Counted from the first letter of the stretch, positions 9,545 to 21,434 are shown. The stretch is DNA of 64,000 nucleotides from an uncultured Chloroflexia bacterium (GCA_963774265.1 CAVZDU010000003.1:224001-288000); one strand, 5' to 3'. The notes: a model not told the origin generated them from the letters alone. Program-made: numbers and translations.

Positions 9545-12439
9545 ATGGCGGTTGTAAACATTACCATCAATGGGATCAAACTCCAGGCACAAATGGGCCA
9601 GACCGTCTACCAGGCGGCCGCGGCCGCCGGGATCGACATCCCGGTGCTGTGCCACCATCCGGCGCTGCCGCCGGAGGGCGCGTGCCGCGTCTGCCTGGTG
9701 GAGATCGAGAAGCAGCGCAACCTCCAGCCGGCCTGCACCTTCCCCGTCACCGAGGGCATGGTCGTCCACACCCATTCGCCCAAGGTGCTGCGAGGCGCGC
9801 AAGTTCGTGCTGGAGCTGATCATCTCCGACCATCCGCTGGACTGCATGACGTGCGAAGCGACGGGCGACTGCCGGCTTGCAGGACCTGGCCTACGAGTAC
9901 GAGGTCAAGGGGGACGAGTACGCCGGCGGCGTGCAGCACGACTATCCCATCGACGACCCGAACCCGTTCATCCAGGTGGATCGCAACAAGTGCATCCTCT
10001 GCCGGCGGTGCGTGCGGGCGTGCAACTACATCAACGGCGTCGAGGCGATCAGCGATCGTCTACCGCGGGTTCAACGCGCAAGATCGCGTTCGGCATGGAC
10101 TCCACGATGGAGGACAGCCCGTGCGAGTTCTGCGGGAGCTGCGTCGAGGTGTGCCCGATCGGCCGCGCTCTGGCCCAAGATGAGCATGGGCAAGGGCCGC
10201 GCCTGGCAGCTCAAGACAGGTGGAGACGATCTGCTCCTATTGCGGCGTCGGCTGCCAGCTGAATCTGCACGTGCGCGGACAACGAGATCGTCAAGGTGAC
10301 GGGCGCCGACGGCCCGTCCAATCACGGCTTCTACCTGCGTCAAGGGCCGCTTCGGTTACGATTACGTCAATCACTCGGATCGGCTGAGCAAGCCGCTGGT
10401 GCGGCGGTATCTGCTGGACGGCGGGACGAAGCCCACACGTCCACAGACGCAGGACGATGGTCACGATCGTCAGTCGCCCCCAATCCAGCGATCGGAATTC
10501 GTCGAGACCGACTGGGACACAGGCGCTCGACCTCGTCGCCCGCAAATTCGCCGAGACCAAGCAGACGCACGGCGGCGATGCGTTCGCGGCGCTCTGGCTT
10601 CGGCCCGCTGCACCAACGAGGAGAACTTCCTCATCATGAAGCTGACCCGACAGGTGATGCAGACGCACAATATCGACCATTGTGCGCGGCTCTGACACAG
10701 CGCTACCGTCACCGGTCTGGTGACAACGCTTCGGCTCTGGGGCCATGACCAACCCGTTCGAGGATATCGCCAAGAACGCGCAAGTGCCTCTTCATCATCG
10801 GCTCGAACACCACCGAGCAGCATCCGGTGTTCGGCATGCAACTGCGCCAGGCGGTCAAGCAGCGCGGGCGTGCCGCTCATCGTGGCCGATCCGCGGCGCA
10901 TCCCGATCACGCAATACGCGACGATCCATCTGCGCCACAAGCCCGGCACCGATACGGCACTGCTCAACGGCCTGATGCATGTGTTGATCACCGAGGACCT
11001 GTACGATCACGACTTCGTGGCGAACCGCACCGAGGGCTTCGAGGATCTCAAGGCCAAGATGGCCGAGTACACGCCCGAGCGCGTGGCCTGGATCTGCGGC
11101 GTGAAGGCGGACGACATCCGCAAGGCGGCGCGGCTGATGGCTGCGCATCGGCCCGGCGCGCTGATGTATGCGATGGGCATCACCCAGCACACCAGCGGCC
11201 ACGGCAACGTGATGAGCTGCGCCAACCTGCAGATGCTGCTGGGCAACATGGGCGTGTCGGGCGGCGGCGTCAATCCGCTGCGCGGCCAATCCAACGTGCA
11301 GGGCGCATGCGACATGGGCGGCCTGCCCAACTACTACACCGGCTACCAGAACGTGGCGCTCGAAGCCAGCCGCAAGAAATTCGAGGCGGCCTGGGGCGTC
11401 GCTGCCGCCGGTGGATAAGCCGGGCCTGACCGTGGTCGAGATGATGAACGCGGCCGAGCACGGGCCAGATCAAGGCGATGTACGTCGTCGGCGAGAATCC
11501 GATGCTCTCCGACCCCGACCTGCAACCACGTGCGCCACTGCTTGCAGTCGCTGGATTTCCTGGTGGTGCAGGATCATCTTCATGACCGAAACCGCGCAAC
11601 TGGCCGATGTGGTGCTGCCGGGCTCGTCGTTCGCGGAGAAGGACGGCACCTTCACCAACAGCGAGCGGCGCGTGCAGCTGGTGCGCCGCGCTCTGAATCC
11701 GCTGGGCGAAACTCGGCCCGATTGGGAGATCATCGCCGAACTGGGCCAGCGTACAGCGGCGCTCGAGGCCGGCGCCCTGAGAGCGCCGCAGCGACGGTCG
11801 CCGCGGCGCCGCACGGCTCGTGGGATTACATGAACCCGGCCGAGATCATGGACGAGATCGCCGACGCTGACGCCGAGCTACGGCGGCATCCGCCATGCAC
11901 CGGCTGGAGAAGCTGGCAGGCCTGCAATGGCCGTGCCCCGACGAGAAGCATCCCGGCACGCCGATCCTGCACGTCGGCAAGTTCACGCGCGGGCTGGGCA
12001 AGCTTCCAGCCGATGGACTTCCTGCCGCCGGTCGAACTGCCGGACGAAGACATATCCGCTGCTGCTGACCACCGGCCGCGTGCTGTATCATTATCACACC
12101 GGCACGCTGACCCGGCGCTCCCAGGGGCTGGCGGCCATCTATCCGGAAGGGCTTGATCGAGATGCACCCGGAGGACGCGGCACGGTTGGATGTGGTCGAA
12201 CGGCGAGATGGTGCAGGTCGCCAGCCGCCGCGGCCAGGTGAACGTCAAAGACCGATGTCACCGAGAAGATCCAGCCGGGCGTGGTCTTCATGACCTTCCA
12301 CTTCGCCGAGAGCGCGGCCAACTTCCTCACCAACCCGGCGCTCGACCCGGTGGCGAAGATCCCGGAGTTCAAGGCGTGCGCGGTGAAGGTGAGCAAGCTT
12401 CCCGCCGTGAGTGCGAGACGTGCTGAGGCAGACGAGTAG
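9545..12439 (+). CDS. fdhF: Selenocysteine-containing formate dehydrogenase alpha subunit with NuoG-like N-terminal Fe-S domains (frameshifted)
   Basis: [94 protein letters not shown]; no Tat signal. Confidence 0.93.
10693..10724 (+). promoter_or_regulatory. Sec UGA codon and bacterial SECIS element
   Basis: In-frame TGA at 10693-10695; hairpin GTCACC-GGTCT-GGTGAC at 10708-10724, with a GGUCU apex like the E. coli fdhF SECIS. Confidence 0.88.
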
Positions 12440-12540
12440 ACGAGTAGACGAGTGACCTTGGACGACTCGTTCTCGTTGTACGTTCGTCTGTCGATCATTT
12501 GTCACGACATATCTCATTCTGACAAGGGAGGCATCATCGC

Positions 12541-13433
12541 ATGGCAAACGGAGAAATCAACATCGATGCCTTGATGCCGCCGCAGATGGCCGCCAAGGCC
12601 GAGGCGATCGGCATCAAGAAGGCGAACCTGGACTTCTGGACGATGTTCGCGCTGGCGATCCTGGCCGGCGCATTCATTGGCGCAGGGGCGCATCTTCGCC
12701 ACCACGGTATGGACGGGCGGCGGCCGGCGCTGCCCTACGGCGTGAACCGCCTGCTGGGCGGCCTGGTCTTCTGCCTCGGCCTTATCCTGGTCGTCGTGGC
12801 CGGCGCCGAGCTGTTCACCGGCAACAACCTGATCGTCATGGCGCTGGGCGAGCCGGAAAGGTCAGCACCGGCAAGTTGCTGCGCAACTGGGGCATCGTCT
12901 ATGCTGGCAACTTCGTCGGCGCGCTTGATCACCGCGGTCATCATGCTGTTGGCGCCAGCAGTACACGTTCGGCAAGGGCAGCGTCGGGCCTGACCGCGCT
13001 GAACATCGCCAATGCCAAAGTCGACCCTGGACTCCCGTCCAGGCGTTCTTCCTGGGCATCATGTGTAACGCGCTGGTGTGCATGGCCGTCTGGCTGTGCT
13101 ACAGCGCCCGCAGCACCACCGACAAGATCCTGGCGATCATCTTCCCGATCAGCGCGTTCGTGGCGGCGGGCTTCGAGCACAGCATCGCCAACATGTACTT
13201 CATCCCGATCGGGCTGTTGATCAAGCAGTTTGCGCCGGCATCCTTCTGGGCCGCTGATGCGTTGGCGAAGGCCACCCCAGCCGCCATCACGATTGATTCG
13301 TTTGCCAAGCTGACCTGGGGCAACTTCTTCCTCAACAACCTGATTCCGGTGACGATCGGCAACATCGTCGGCGGCGCAGGGCTGGTGGGCGGTGGTGTAC
13401 TGGTTCGCCTATCTGCGGACGAAGAAATCCTGA
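12541..13433 (+). CDS. focA: Formate/nitrite transporter (FNT) family (frameshifted)
   Basis: LAILAGAFI, GAELFTGN, GNFVG, CNALVC, FEHSIANM, PVTIGNIVGG. Confidence 0.92.
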
Positions 13434-13464
13434 CGCGCGAACTGAGCGGTGCACTACACAAAAG

Positions 13465-13500
13465 AGGGCGAAGCGATCACTCGCTTCGCCCTTGCTTATT
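13465..13500. terminator. Probably bidirectional terminator between focA and pspC
   Basis: AGGGCGAAGCGA-tcac-TCGCTTCGCCCT perfect 12 bp stem, A-run before and T-rich after. Confidence 0.75.
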
Positions 13501-13516
13501 GCGATACGCGTGTTGA

Positions 13517-13702
13517 CTATCGTCTCGGGGGGATGATCAGCCACATCAAAAGGTAGGGCACCATTCCTGGCAGGCCGCCGGGGATCAGCAGAATCAGGAA
13601 GATCAGGCGGAAGACCCCCGGATTGATGCCGAAGAACGCGCCCAGCCCGCCGCACACACCCGCTACGATACCATTCTGTCGTCTCAGTTGATTAGTATTC
13701 AT
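13517..13702 (-). CDS. pspC: PspC domain protein
   Basis: LRRQNGIVAGVCGGLGAFFGINPGVFRL..YLLMWLIIP; GAGGAG RBS. Confidence 0.85.
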   Translation of the reverse strand: MNTNQLRRQNGIVAGVCGGLGAFFGINPGVFRLIFLILLIPGGLPGMVPYLLMWLIIPPRR

Positions 13703-13789
13703 GGCTCCTCTCTGACTTGCACTCCAACCAATTCTCTTTACGGATTTCGAGCCGGGAAGTTTCAGAGTAGCTCGACTCGTCACGATGGG

Positions 13790-13818
13790 TTGGACATCAT
13801 CGCGCACAGGACTATAAT
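13790..13818 (+). promoter_or_regulatory. sigma70-like promoter
   Basis: TTGGAC, 17 bp spacer, TATAAT upstream of the GT39 gene. Confidence 0.5.
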
Positions 13819-13845
13819 GGCAGTATCCGGCTGGACAGAGGCTGC

Positions 13846-16096
13846 ATGGCCGTCATTCGTCGTCATCGATCCGCGCTGCTCATCACGTGCCTTTTTGTGG
13901 CGCTCGGCATCATCTATAGCGTAACGAGTCCGTTGTTCGAGCCCAGCGACGAGCACAATCACTACCCCTTCGTCCAACATCTGGCGACAGGCGGCGGGTT
14001 GCCGATCCAGCGCGCCGGCGAGAAGACGCTGTGGGGGCAAGAGGGCAGCCAGCCGCCGCTCTACTACGCCGTGTCCGCGCTGCTCACAGCAGGGATCAAC
14101 ACCGGCGACATGTCCGCGCTCCTGGTTCGCAACCCGCACGCTCAGAGCGGCGTTCCGGGGACCCCTGACAACGCAAATATGTTCATCCACACGGAACGGG
14201 AGGCATTTCCCTGGCGCGACACTGCGCTGGCCGTACACCTGGTCCGGTTCTTTTCCGTGCTGCTGGGCGTTGGGACGATCCTCTGCACCTACACCCTCGC
14301 GCTCTGGCTGTTCCCCGACCGGCCGGCCATCGCCGCAGGGGCGATGGCGATCAATGCCTTCATCCCGATGTTTGTCTTCATCAGCGCCTCGGTTAACAAC
14401 GATAACCTGGTGATCTTCCTCTCCTCGCTGAGCCTGGTCCTGCTGGTTCGCGTGATCCAGCGTGAGGCGACGCCGTGGCTGCTGCTGGGGCTGGGCAGCG
14501 TCATCGGCCTGGCGTGCCTGACGAAGCTGAGTGCGCTGGGGCTGCTGCCGCTGGCGTGCCTGGCGCTGGCCCTGGCCGCGCTGAGGCGTGGTCCGGTTGA
14601 CCGCGCGAGCATCGTCAGATGGGCCGGCCAATGCACTCTGGTGATCATTCCCGCGGTCATCATCGCGGGATGGTGGTATGTGCGCAACCAGCAGCTCTAC
14701 GGCGATCCGCTCGGGCTGAACGCGATGGTCGCCGTCGCCGGGGGCCGCCCGCCGCTCCGCACGCTGTCTGATCTGCTCGGCGAGTTTCAAGGGTTCCGCT
14801 ACAGCTTCTGGGGCGTGTTAGGCGGGTTTCAACATCTTGCTCCGCCCGGCCTGGGTCTATGTCCTGCTCGATCTCTTGTCAGTGACCGCGTTGGTCGGGC
14901 TGGTGGCATGGGCATGGCGAACGTGGAGGCGGCACGTGCCTGCGCCGATGGCGGAGCTGTTGTTGCTCGCTGCCTGGATCGTCGTCGAGGCGGTCGCGCT
15001 GCTGCGCTGGACATCGCTGACGCTGGCCTCACAGGGACGGCTGATGTTCGCCGCGCTCGCCCCGATCTGCCTCTTCCTGGCGTTGGGCCTGACCGGGCTG
15101 CTGGCGCCGCGGCGCCAATGGGTCGCGACGTGGGGCATCGGCGGGCTGCTGTTTCTCTTGGCTGCCGCCACGCCCTTCGCGGCGATCCGGCCGGCCTATG
15201 AGCCCGGAGCGCTGCTGACCGCGGCCGACGTGCCCGCATCCGCGCTGCGCTTCGACGTGGATTACGGCGGGGTGATGCGGCTGTTGGCTTTCGAGGTGGG
15301 CAAGGAGCGCGTGCACCCCGGCGATGTGCTGACCGTGACACTCTATTGGCAGGCGCTGGCGCCGATGAGCGAGGATTTCAGCATCTCCCTGCAGATGTTC
15401 AGCTGGCAGCAGGCGTTGGGCCAGCACGACAGCTATCCGGACCGCGGCGACCGGCCCACCAGCCAACTCACACCCGGCCAGGTCGTGCGAGACACTCATT
15501 TCATCCCCGTTCAGGGGGATGCCAAAGGCCCGACGCCGGCCTGGATCTCCGTCGGGCTGTACCGGTTTAGCACCCTGGAGAAGCTGCCCGCGACGGATGC
15601 GCAGGGCCAACCGGTCGTCTTCCCCATCCTGACCAAGATCCCATTGGACACGCCCGCGCCCACCCTGACCGGCACGCTTCCCGGCCCACCCGACGCCAAT
15701 CTCGACGGTCGCGTGCGATTGGTCGGTTATGATCTGGCGAGCAACCGCATCCGTCCCGGCCAGGAGATGACCGTGACGCTCTACTGGCAGACGACTGCGG
15801 CGCTGGGCGCAGATTATACCGTCTTCGTTCACCTGCGGGATGAGGAGAACCGGACGGCAGCCCAGACCGATGCGGCGCCGCTTCGGGGCTTTTACCCGAC
15901 ATCGGCGTGGCAGCCGGGGGAGTTTCTCGGTGACACGCAGCGCCTGGTGCTGCCGGGCGATCTGCGCCCGGGGCGTTACCGCGTCTTCGCGGGCCTGTAC
16001 GACGCGAGGACCGGCGAGCGCCTTTCCGTGCTGAATTCGGCCGGCCAGCCGGTCGCGAACGAGCTGCTCGTCGCGACTGTGGAAGCCATCGATTGA
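13846..16096 (+). CDS. GT39/PMT-ArnT-like multi-TM glycosyltransferase with two C-terminal extracellular domains (one frameshift near 14830)
   Basis: EPSDEHNHY, QPPLYY, SVNNDNL, WWYVRNQQLYGDP, QGRLMF, and two TVTLYWQ repeats. Confidence 0.85.
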
Positions 16097-16160
16097 TATA
16101 CAATAGACTGACCCCAACGAATGCATGCAGGCGACTGACCGAAGGTGCAAGGAGGCATGA

Positions 16161-16691
16161 TTGACAACCATTTCCGTATCAACAGTTTCCCAGCGCATCA
16201 CAATGCGCATCAACGGTGAGCGGCGCGAGTTCGAGGTCGGACGCGATCTCCTGCCCACGACCACCCTCTCGGCGTTCTTGCGGGAGCGGCTCGGCTACAC
16301 CGGCCTGAAGATCAGTTGTGACGAAGGCGCCTGCGGCGCGTGCACGATCATCATGGACGGCAAGGCGGTCCTGTCGTGCATGCTGCTGGCCGTGGAAGCG
16401 GACGGCCATGACCTGCTGACCATCGAAGGCCTGCCGGACGACGATCCGGTGATCGAGGCCTTCGCCGAGCAGTGCGAGCCGGGCCACGGCACCGCGCTGC
16501 AGTGCGGCTACTGCACCCCCGGCTTTGTCATGACGGCCCGCGCCCTGCTCAACGAGAATCCCTCGCCGACCCTGGACGAGGTGAAGGAAGCGCTCTCCGG
16601 CAATCTCTGCCGCTGCGGCTGCTACGCGGGCATCGCCATGGCGGTCAGGCATGCTGCCGAGAAGATCGCAGCGAGAGGAGGACGGGCATGA
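16161..16691 (+). CDS. Xanthine-dehydrogenase-family 2x[2Fe-2S] subunit (CoxS/PaoA-like)
   Basis: CDEGACGAC..C, QCGYCTPG, GNLCRCGCY. Confidence 0.93.
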   Translation: MTTISVSTVSQRITMRINGERREFEVGRDLLPTTTLSAFLRERLGYTGLKISCDEGACGACTIIMDGKAVLSCMLLAVEADGHDLLTIEGLPDDDPVIEAFAEQCEPGHGTALQCGYCTPGFVMTARALLNENPSPTLDEVKEALSGNLCRCGCYAGIAMAVRHAAEKIAARGGRA

Positions 16692-19046
16692 GCGCACCCT
16701 ACAAACCCCGTGTCCCGCGCCAGTTCGTCGGCGGCTATCGCCCGCGCATCGACGCGGTCGAAAAGGCGCACGGCCGCGCCCCCTACGCCGACGACATGAT
16801 CTCCGAGCGCAACTACCCCGGTCTGCTCCATGCGCGGGTGCTGCGCAGCCCTTATCCCCGCGCCAGGATCAAGCACCTCGACACCACCAAGGCCGCGGCG
16901 CTGCCGGGCGTCAAGGCCATCCTGACCTACCAGGACCCGGAGGTCGCGCGCCTCAAGCCGACCAACGCCGGCTGGACCGACGCGGTCGACACGGTCAGCT
17001 ACGACAAGATGATGTGGCGCAAATTCCGCGACCGCCGCGTGCTGGGCGACTACGCCGACCTGGGCCGGCGACGAGGTGGGCGTCGCGATCGCCGCGGAGA
17101 GCGAGCAGATCGCGGAGCAGGCGCTGCGGCTGGTCGAGGTCGAGTGGGAGCAGCTGCCCTTCGTGCTCGATCCGCTCGCGGCGATGCAGCCCGGCGCGCC
17201 GGTCATCCACCCGCAGATCGCCGAGCACAACGTGCTCCCGCCCGATCCGGTCGGCGGTCCGGATGTCTTCCTGAACAAGGGCGATGTGGAGCAGGGCTTC
17301 GCCGCCGCGGATGTCGTCCTCGAGATGGACACCAGCCACCACAACCCGACGCAAGGCTCCCTCGATCCCTGGTGCTGCGTGGCCGAGTGGCAAGACGGAC
17401 CGGCTGACCGTTGTCTCCAATTCCTACGCGGCCGACCAGACCCGCATGCACGTCAGCCAGATGCTGGAGCTGCCGATCCACAAGGTGCGGGTCATCAGCA
17501 AGTACGTGGGCGGGCAGTTCGGCCGGGGCGACACCGGCGATCAGCCGTTCTTCCTCTTCACCGCGCTGCTGGCGAAGAAGGCCGGGCGGCCCGTCAAGTT
17601 CAAGCACACGCGGCGGGACAGCTTCCACGACACCCGGCAGGCGCGCGCTCTACCACTGCAAGGTGGGCGCCACGGCCGACGGCACGATCACCGCGCTCCA
17701 TTTCAAGTCCATCGGCGACATCGGCGCGCACGCCGACCACTCGGTCTTCGCGCTGAAATTCGCCCCGGCCGAGATCTCGGAGGCCGCGCTGGCCCCGATT
17801 CCCAACATCAAGATGGAATCCTATGCCGTCTACACCAACCACATCCCCGGCTGCATGATGCGCGGGGTGGGCAATTCCCAGTTCAACTTCATCTTCGGCC
17901 GGATGATCGATGGCCTGGCCGAGCGGCTGGATATGGACCCGATCGAGCTGGCGATCAAGAACTTCGGGCACGAATGGGGCACCTGCCCGGATCAGAGCCT
18001 GACGGCGGTGCTGGAGACGGGCGCGCAGCGCATCGGCTGGGCCGAGAAGCGGCACAAGCCCGGCGCAGGCCCGCTCTACGAGGGCGTCAAGAGGCGCGGG
18101 GTGGGCTTCTCCCTGCATCCCGGCTGGCATGCCGAGTGGCAGGAAGAGCGCCGCGGGCAGGTGCAGGCGAAGATCACCCTCTACCCGGACGGCACGGTCA
18201 CGCTGGACGCGCCCACCGTGGAGACCGGCACCGGCTCGAACACCTGCAATGTGCTTGGCTGCGCCGAGGCGCTCGGCTTCCTGGGCGTCCGCCCGGAGGA
18301 CATCACCTGGGTCTCGACCGTGGACACCGATAGCGGCATGCGCGACTGCGTGCAGACCGACAGCGCCGTCTCCTTCCTGCAGTCCGAGGTGCTGGCGGTG
18401 GCGGCGCGAGGAGCTGAAGGAGAAGCTGCTCGCTCTCGCGGCCCCTGTCCTCGGGGTCCCGGCCGACCAGTTGACCATCGACCGGACGGCCAGATCATCG
18501 GGCCGGGGCGCAGCATCAGCGTGAAGGAGCTGCTGTGGCAGGGCGACCTGGTGCCGCTGTCGGTGATGGTGAGCCGGCGGCCCTCGAGCGAAGAAGACCG
18601 GCGTGCCGTACATCGCCAGTTTCGCCGAGGTGGAGGTGGACACCGGCACCGGCCGCACGCAGGTGCTCAAGCTGGTCATCATCAACGACTGTGGGACGGT
18701 CATGTACGCCTCCGGCGCGGAGGCCCAGCAGATCGGCGGCCAGGTCATGGCCATCGGCGAGGCGCTGACCGAGGAGATGATCTACGACCCGGTGCGCGGC
18801 GTGCCGCTGAACTTCAACTTCATCGACTACAAGATGCCGACCATCCTCGACATGCCGGCGATCGAGCCGGTGCTCCTGGAGGTGTGGCGGGGCGCGGGCG
18901 AGTATGGCGCGTGCGGCATCGGCGAAGGCACGCTGACCTGCACCCCACGGGCCATCGCCAACGCGGTCTACAACGCCATCGGCGCCCGGGTCGATGAAAT
19001 CCCCCTGACGCCGGAAAAAGTGCTCCGGGCCTTGGGCAAGATTTGA
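16688..19046 (+). CDS. Xanthine-dehydrogenase-family molybdopterin-binding subunit (frameshifted)
   Basis: VLRSPYPRARI, YVGGQFG, MRGVGNSQ, MDPIEL, QIGGQVMAIGEALTE, DYKMPTILD, GIGEG..AIANAVYNAIG. Confidence 0.9.
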
Positions 19047-19055
19047 GGTGACGCC

Positions 19056-21434
19056 ATGACACTCCAGCCTTTCAAGTACGTCCCGGCTGACTCGCTGCAG
19101 GCGGCAGAGGCGCTGCTGCAGGAACACGGCGAAGGGGCCGCGGTGATCGCGGGCGGCACCGATCTGCTCGGCGCGCTCAAGGATGCCATCCACGACGACC
19201 CCTCCGGAGCTCCTGATCGGCCTCAAGCCGCTGACGGATCTGCGCTACGTGAACGCCGATGCCCGACGGGGTGCGCATCGGCAGCCTCACCACGCTCGCC
19301 GAGATCGCGCAAACACCCGGTCATCCGGCAGACCTATCCGCTCCTCGCCGAGGCCGCGCGCAGCGTGGCCTCGCCGCAGATTCGCAACGTCGCGACCATC
19401 GCCGGCAACCTCTGCCAGGAGCCCCGCTGCTGGTACTACCGCAACCCCGACAACACCTTCGACTGCCTGCGCAAGGGCGGCAAGACGGTGCGACGCGTTG
19501 TTCGCCGAGAATCGCTACCACTCCATCTTCGGCGGCATGTGCGTCAGCGCCGCGCCGTGCGTCACCGGCTGCCCCATCCACAACGACATCCCCGCGTACA
19601 TGGCCAAGCTCCGCGCCGGCGAGCTCGACGAAGCGGTGGCGATCCTGCTGCGCACCAACCCGCTGCCGGCGATCACGGGCCGGGTCTGTCCGCACACCTG
19701 CGAGACGGACTGCAACCGGTTCGACTACGACGAGCCGGTGTCGATCCGCGACGTCGAGCGCTTCCTGGGCGACTATGCGCTGGAACACGCCGAGGACCTC
19801 TACCGGCCGCCCGCGGCGGAATCGGGCAAGCGGGTGGCGATCGTCGGCGCGGGCCCGGCCGGGCTGACCGCGGCCTACTTCCTGCGGCAGGCCGGGCATG
19901 ACGTGACGGTCTTCGACCAGATGCCCGAGGCCGGCGGCATGCTGACCTACAGCATCCCGGCCTACCGCCTGCCCAAGGACGTCATGGCGGCCCAGGTCCA
20001 CGCGCTCGAAGGCATGGGCATCCGCTTCGAGCTGGGCGCGGCCGCTCGGCAGCGACGGCGCTGTCGCTGGACGACCTCAGGGAGCGCTATCGAGAGCGTG
20101 TTCCTGGCGACCGGTCTCTGGAACGGGAAGACGCTCAGGCTGGAGAAGGGCGAGTTGCTCGACTCCGGCCTGAAATTCCTGATCGACGTCCAGGTCGGCG
20201 GCAGCGCGCAGCCGAGCGTGGGCGAGCGAGTGCTGGTGATCGGCGGCGGCAGCGTGGCGGTGGATGTGGCGCTCACCGCGCGGCGCCTCGGCGCGACCGA
20301 GGTGACGATGGCCTGCCTGGAGAGCCTGGAGACGATGCCGGCCATCCCCGAGGATGTCGAGCAGGCGCTGGAGGAAGGGATCACCATCCTGCCCTCGTGG
20401 GGACCCCAGCGCGTCGTGGAGCAGGACGGGAAGCTGACCGGCATGGAGCTGGTGCGCTGCACCTCGGTCTTCGACAAAGACGGGCGTTTCGCGCCGACCT
20501 TCGATCCCGCGGTCAAGACCATGGTCGAGGCGGACCAGATCCTGGTCGCCATCGGCCAGGCCGCCGATCTCTCGTATGCCGAGCCCGGGCTGCAAGACGG
20601 AGCGCGGGCTGCTCGTGGCCGACAAGGTGACCGGCGCGACGGCCATGCCGGGCGTCTTTGCGGGCGGCGACGTCACCGGCAGCTCCGCGACGATGGTGCA
20701 GGCGATGGCTTCGGGGCAAAGGGCCGCGGCATCCATCGACGCGTACTTCGCCCGCGTGCAGCCCGAACCTGCCCGCCCGAGCCACGTCCCGCTGGTCATC
20801 AACGAGGCTGCGCTGCCGGCCAGCCAGCGGGTCCATGCCCCGCGCCTGCCGGTGGATCAGCGCACCCTCCTCGCCGAAGACTGCGGCGACCCTGTCGCTC
20901 GACCTGCTGGAACGCGAGCCGACCCGCTGCGCCAACTGCGGCTGCGTGGCGGTCAGCGCCTCGGACCTCGCGCCGGCCCTCGTCGCGCTCCGCGCGACGG
21001 TGAAGACCACCCAGCGGCGCCTGCCGGCCGAGGATCTCTTCACCGCGGCCGAGAGCAAGACGACGGTCCTGGCGCCGGACGAGCTGATCGAGGAGATCGA
21101 GATCCCCGCGCCGCCGCCGGGGAGCCACCAGGCCTATCACAAGTTCCGCATCCGCAACGCGATCGACTTCCCCATCGTCGGCGTCGCCTTCTGCGCGGAC
21201 ATGCAGGAGGGCAGATTCCACGATGCGCGGGTCGTGCTCGGGGCGGTCGCGCCCGTCCCGTTGGCCGCGCGTGCGGTCGAGGCGCTGCTGGAGGGTCAGG
21301 CGCCGAGCGAGGCGTTGGCGCAGGAGGCCGCCAGCCTGGCGGTCAGGGACGCGCAGCCGCTCGCGCGGAACCGGCTCAAGGTGGAGGTGGTGAAGGCGCT
21401 GGTCAGGAAGGCGATCCTGGGCGCCGCGGGCTGA
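19056..21434 (+). CDS. PaoB/HcrB-type FAD subunit with a nested GltD/NfnB-like oxidoreductase module (frameshifted)
   Basis: IAGGTDLL, ASPQIRNVATIAGNLCQEPRCWYYR..C..C..HSIFGG, then CVTGCP..GRVCPHTCETDC..GAGPAG..GGGSVAVD..RCANC, then GCVAVSASDLAPAL..KFRIRNAIDF..LGAVAPVP. Confidence 0.88.

Noticed and set aside
4254-12439. Respiratory complex I or an [FeFe]-hydrogenase
   Set aside because: No membrane Nuo subunits and no H-cluster motifs; the catalytic subunit is a molybdopterin FDH
16161-21434. Aerobic CO dehydrogenase
   Set aside because: No AYxCSFR active-site loop and no cox accessory genes
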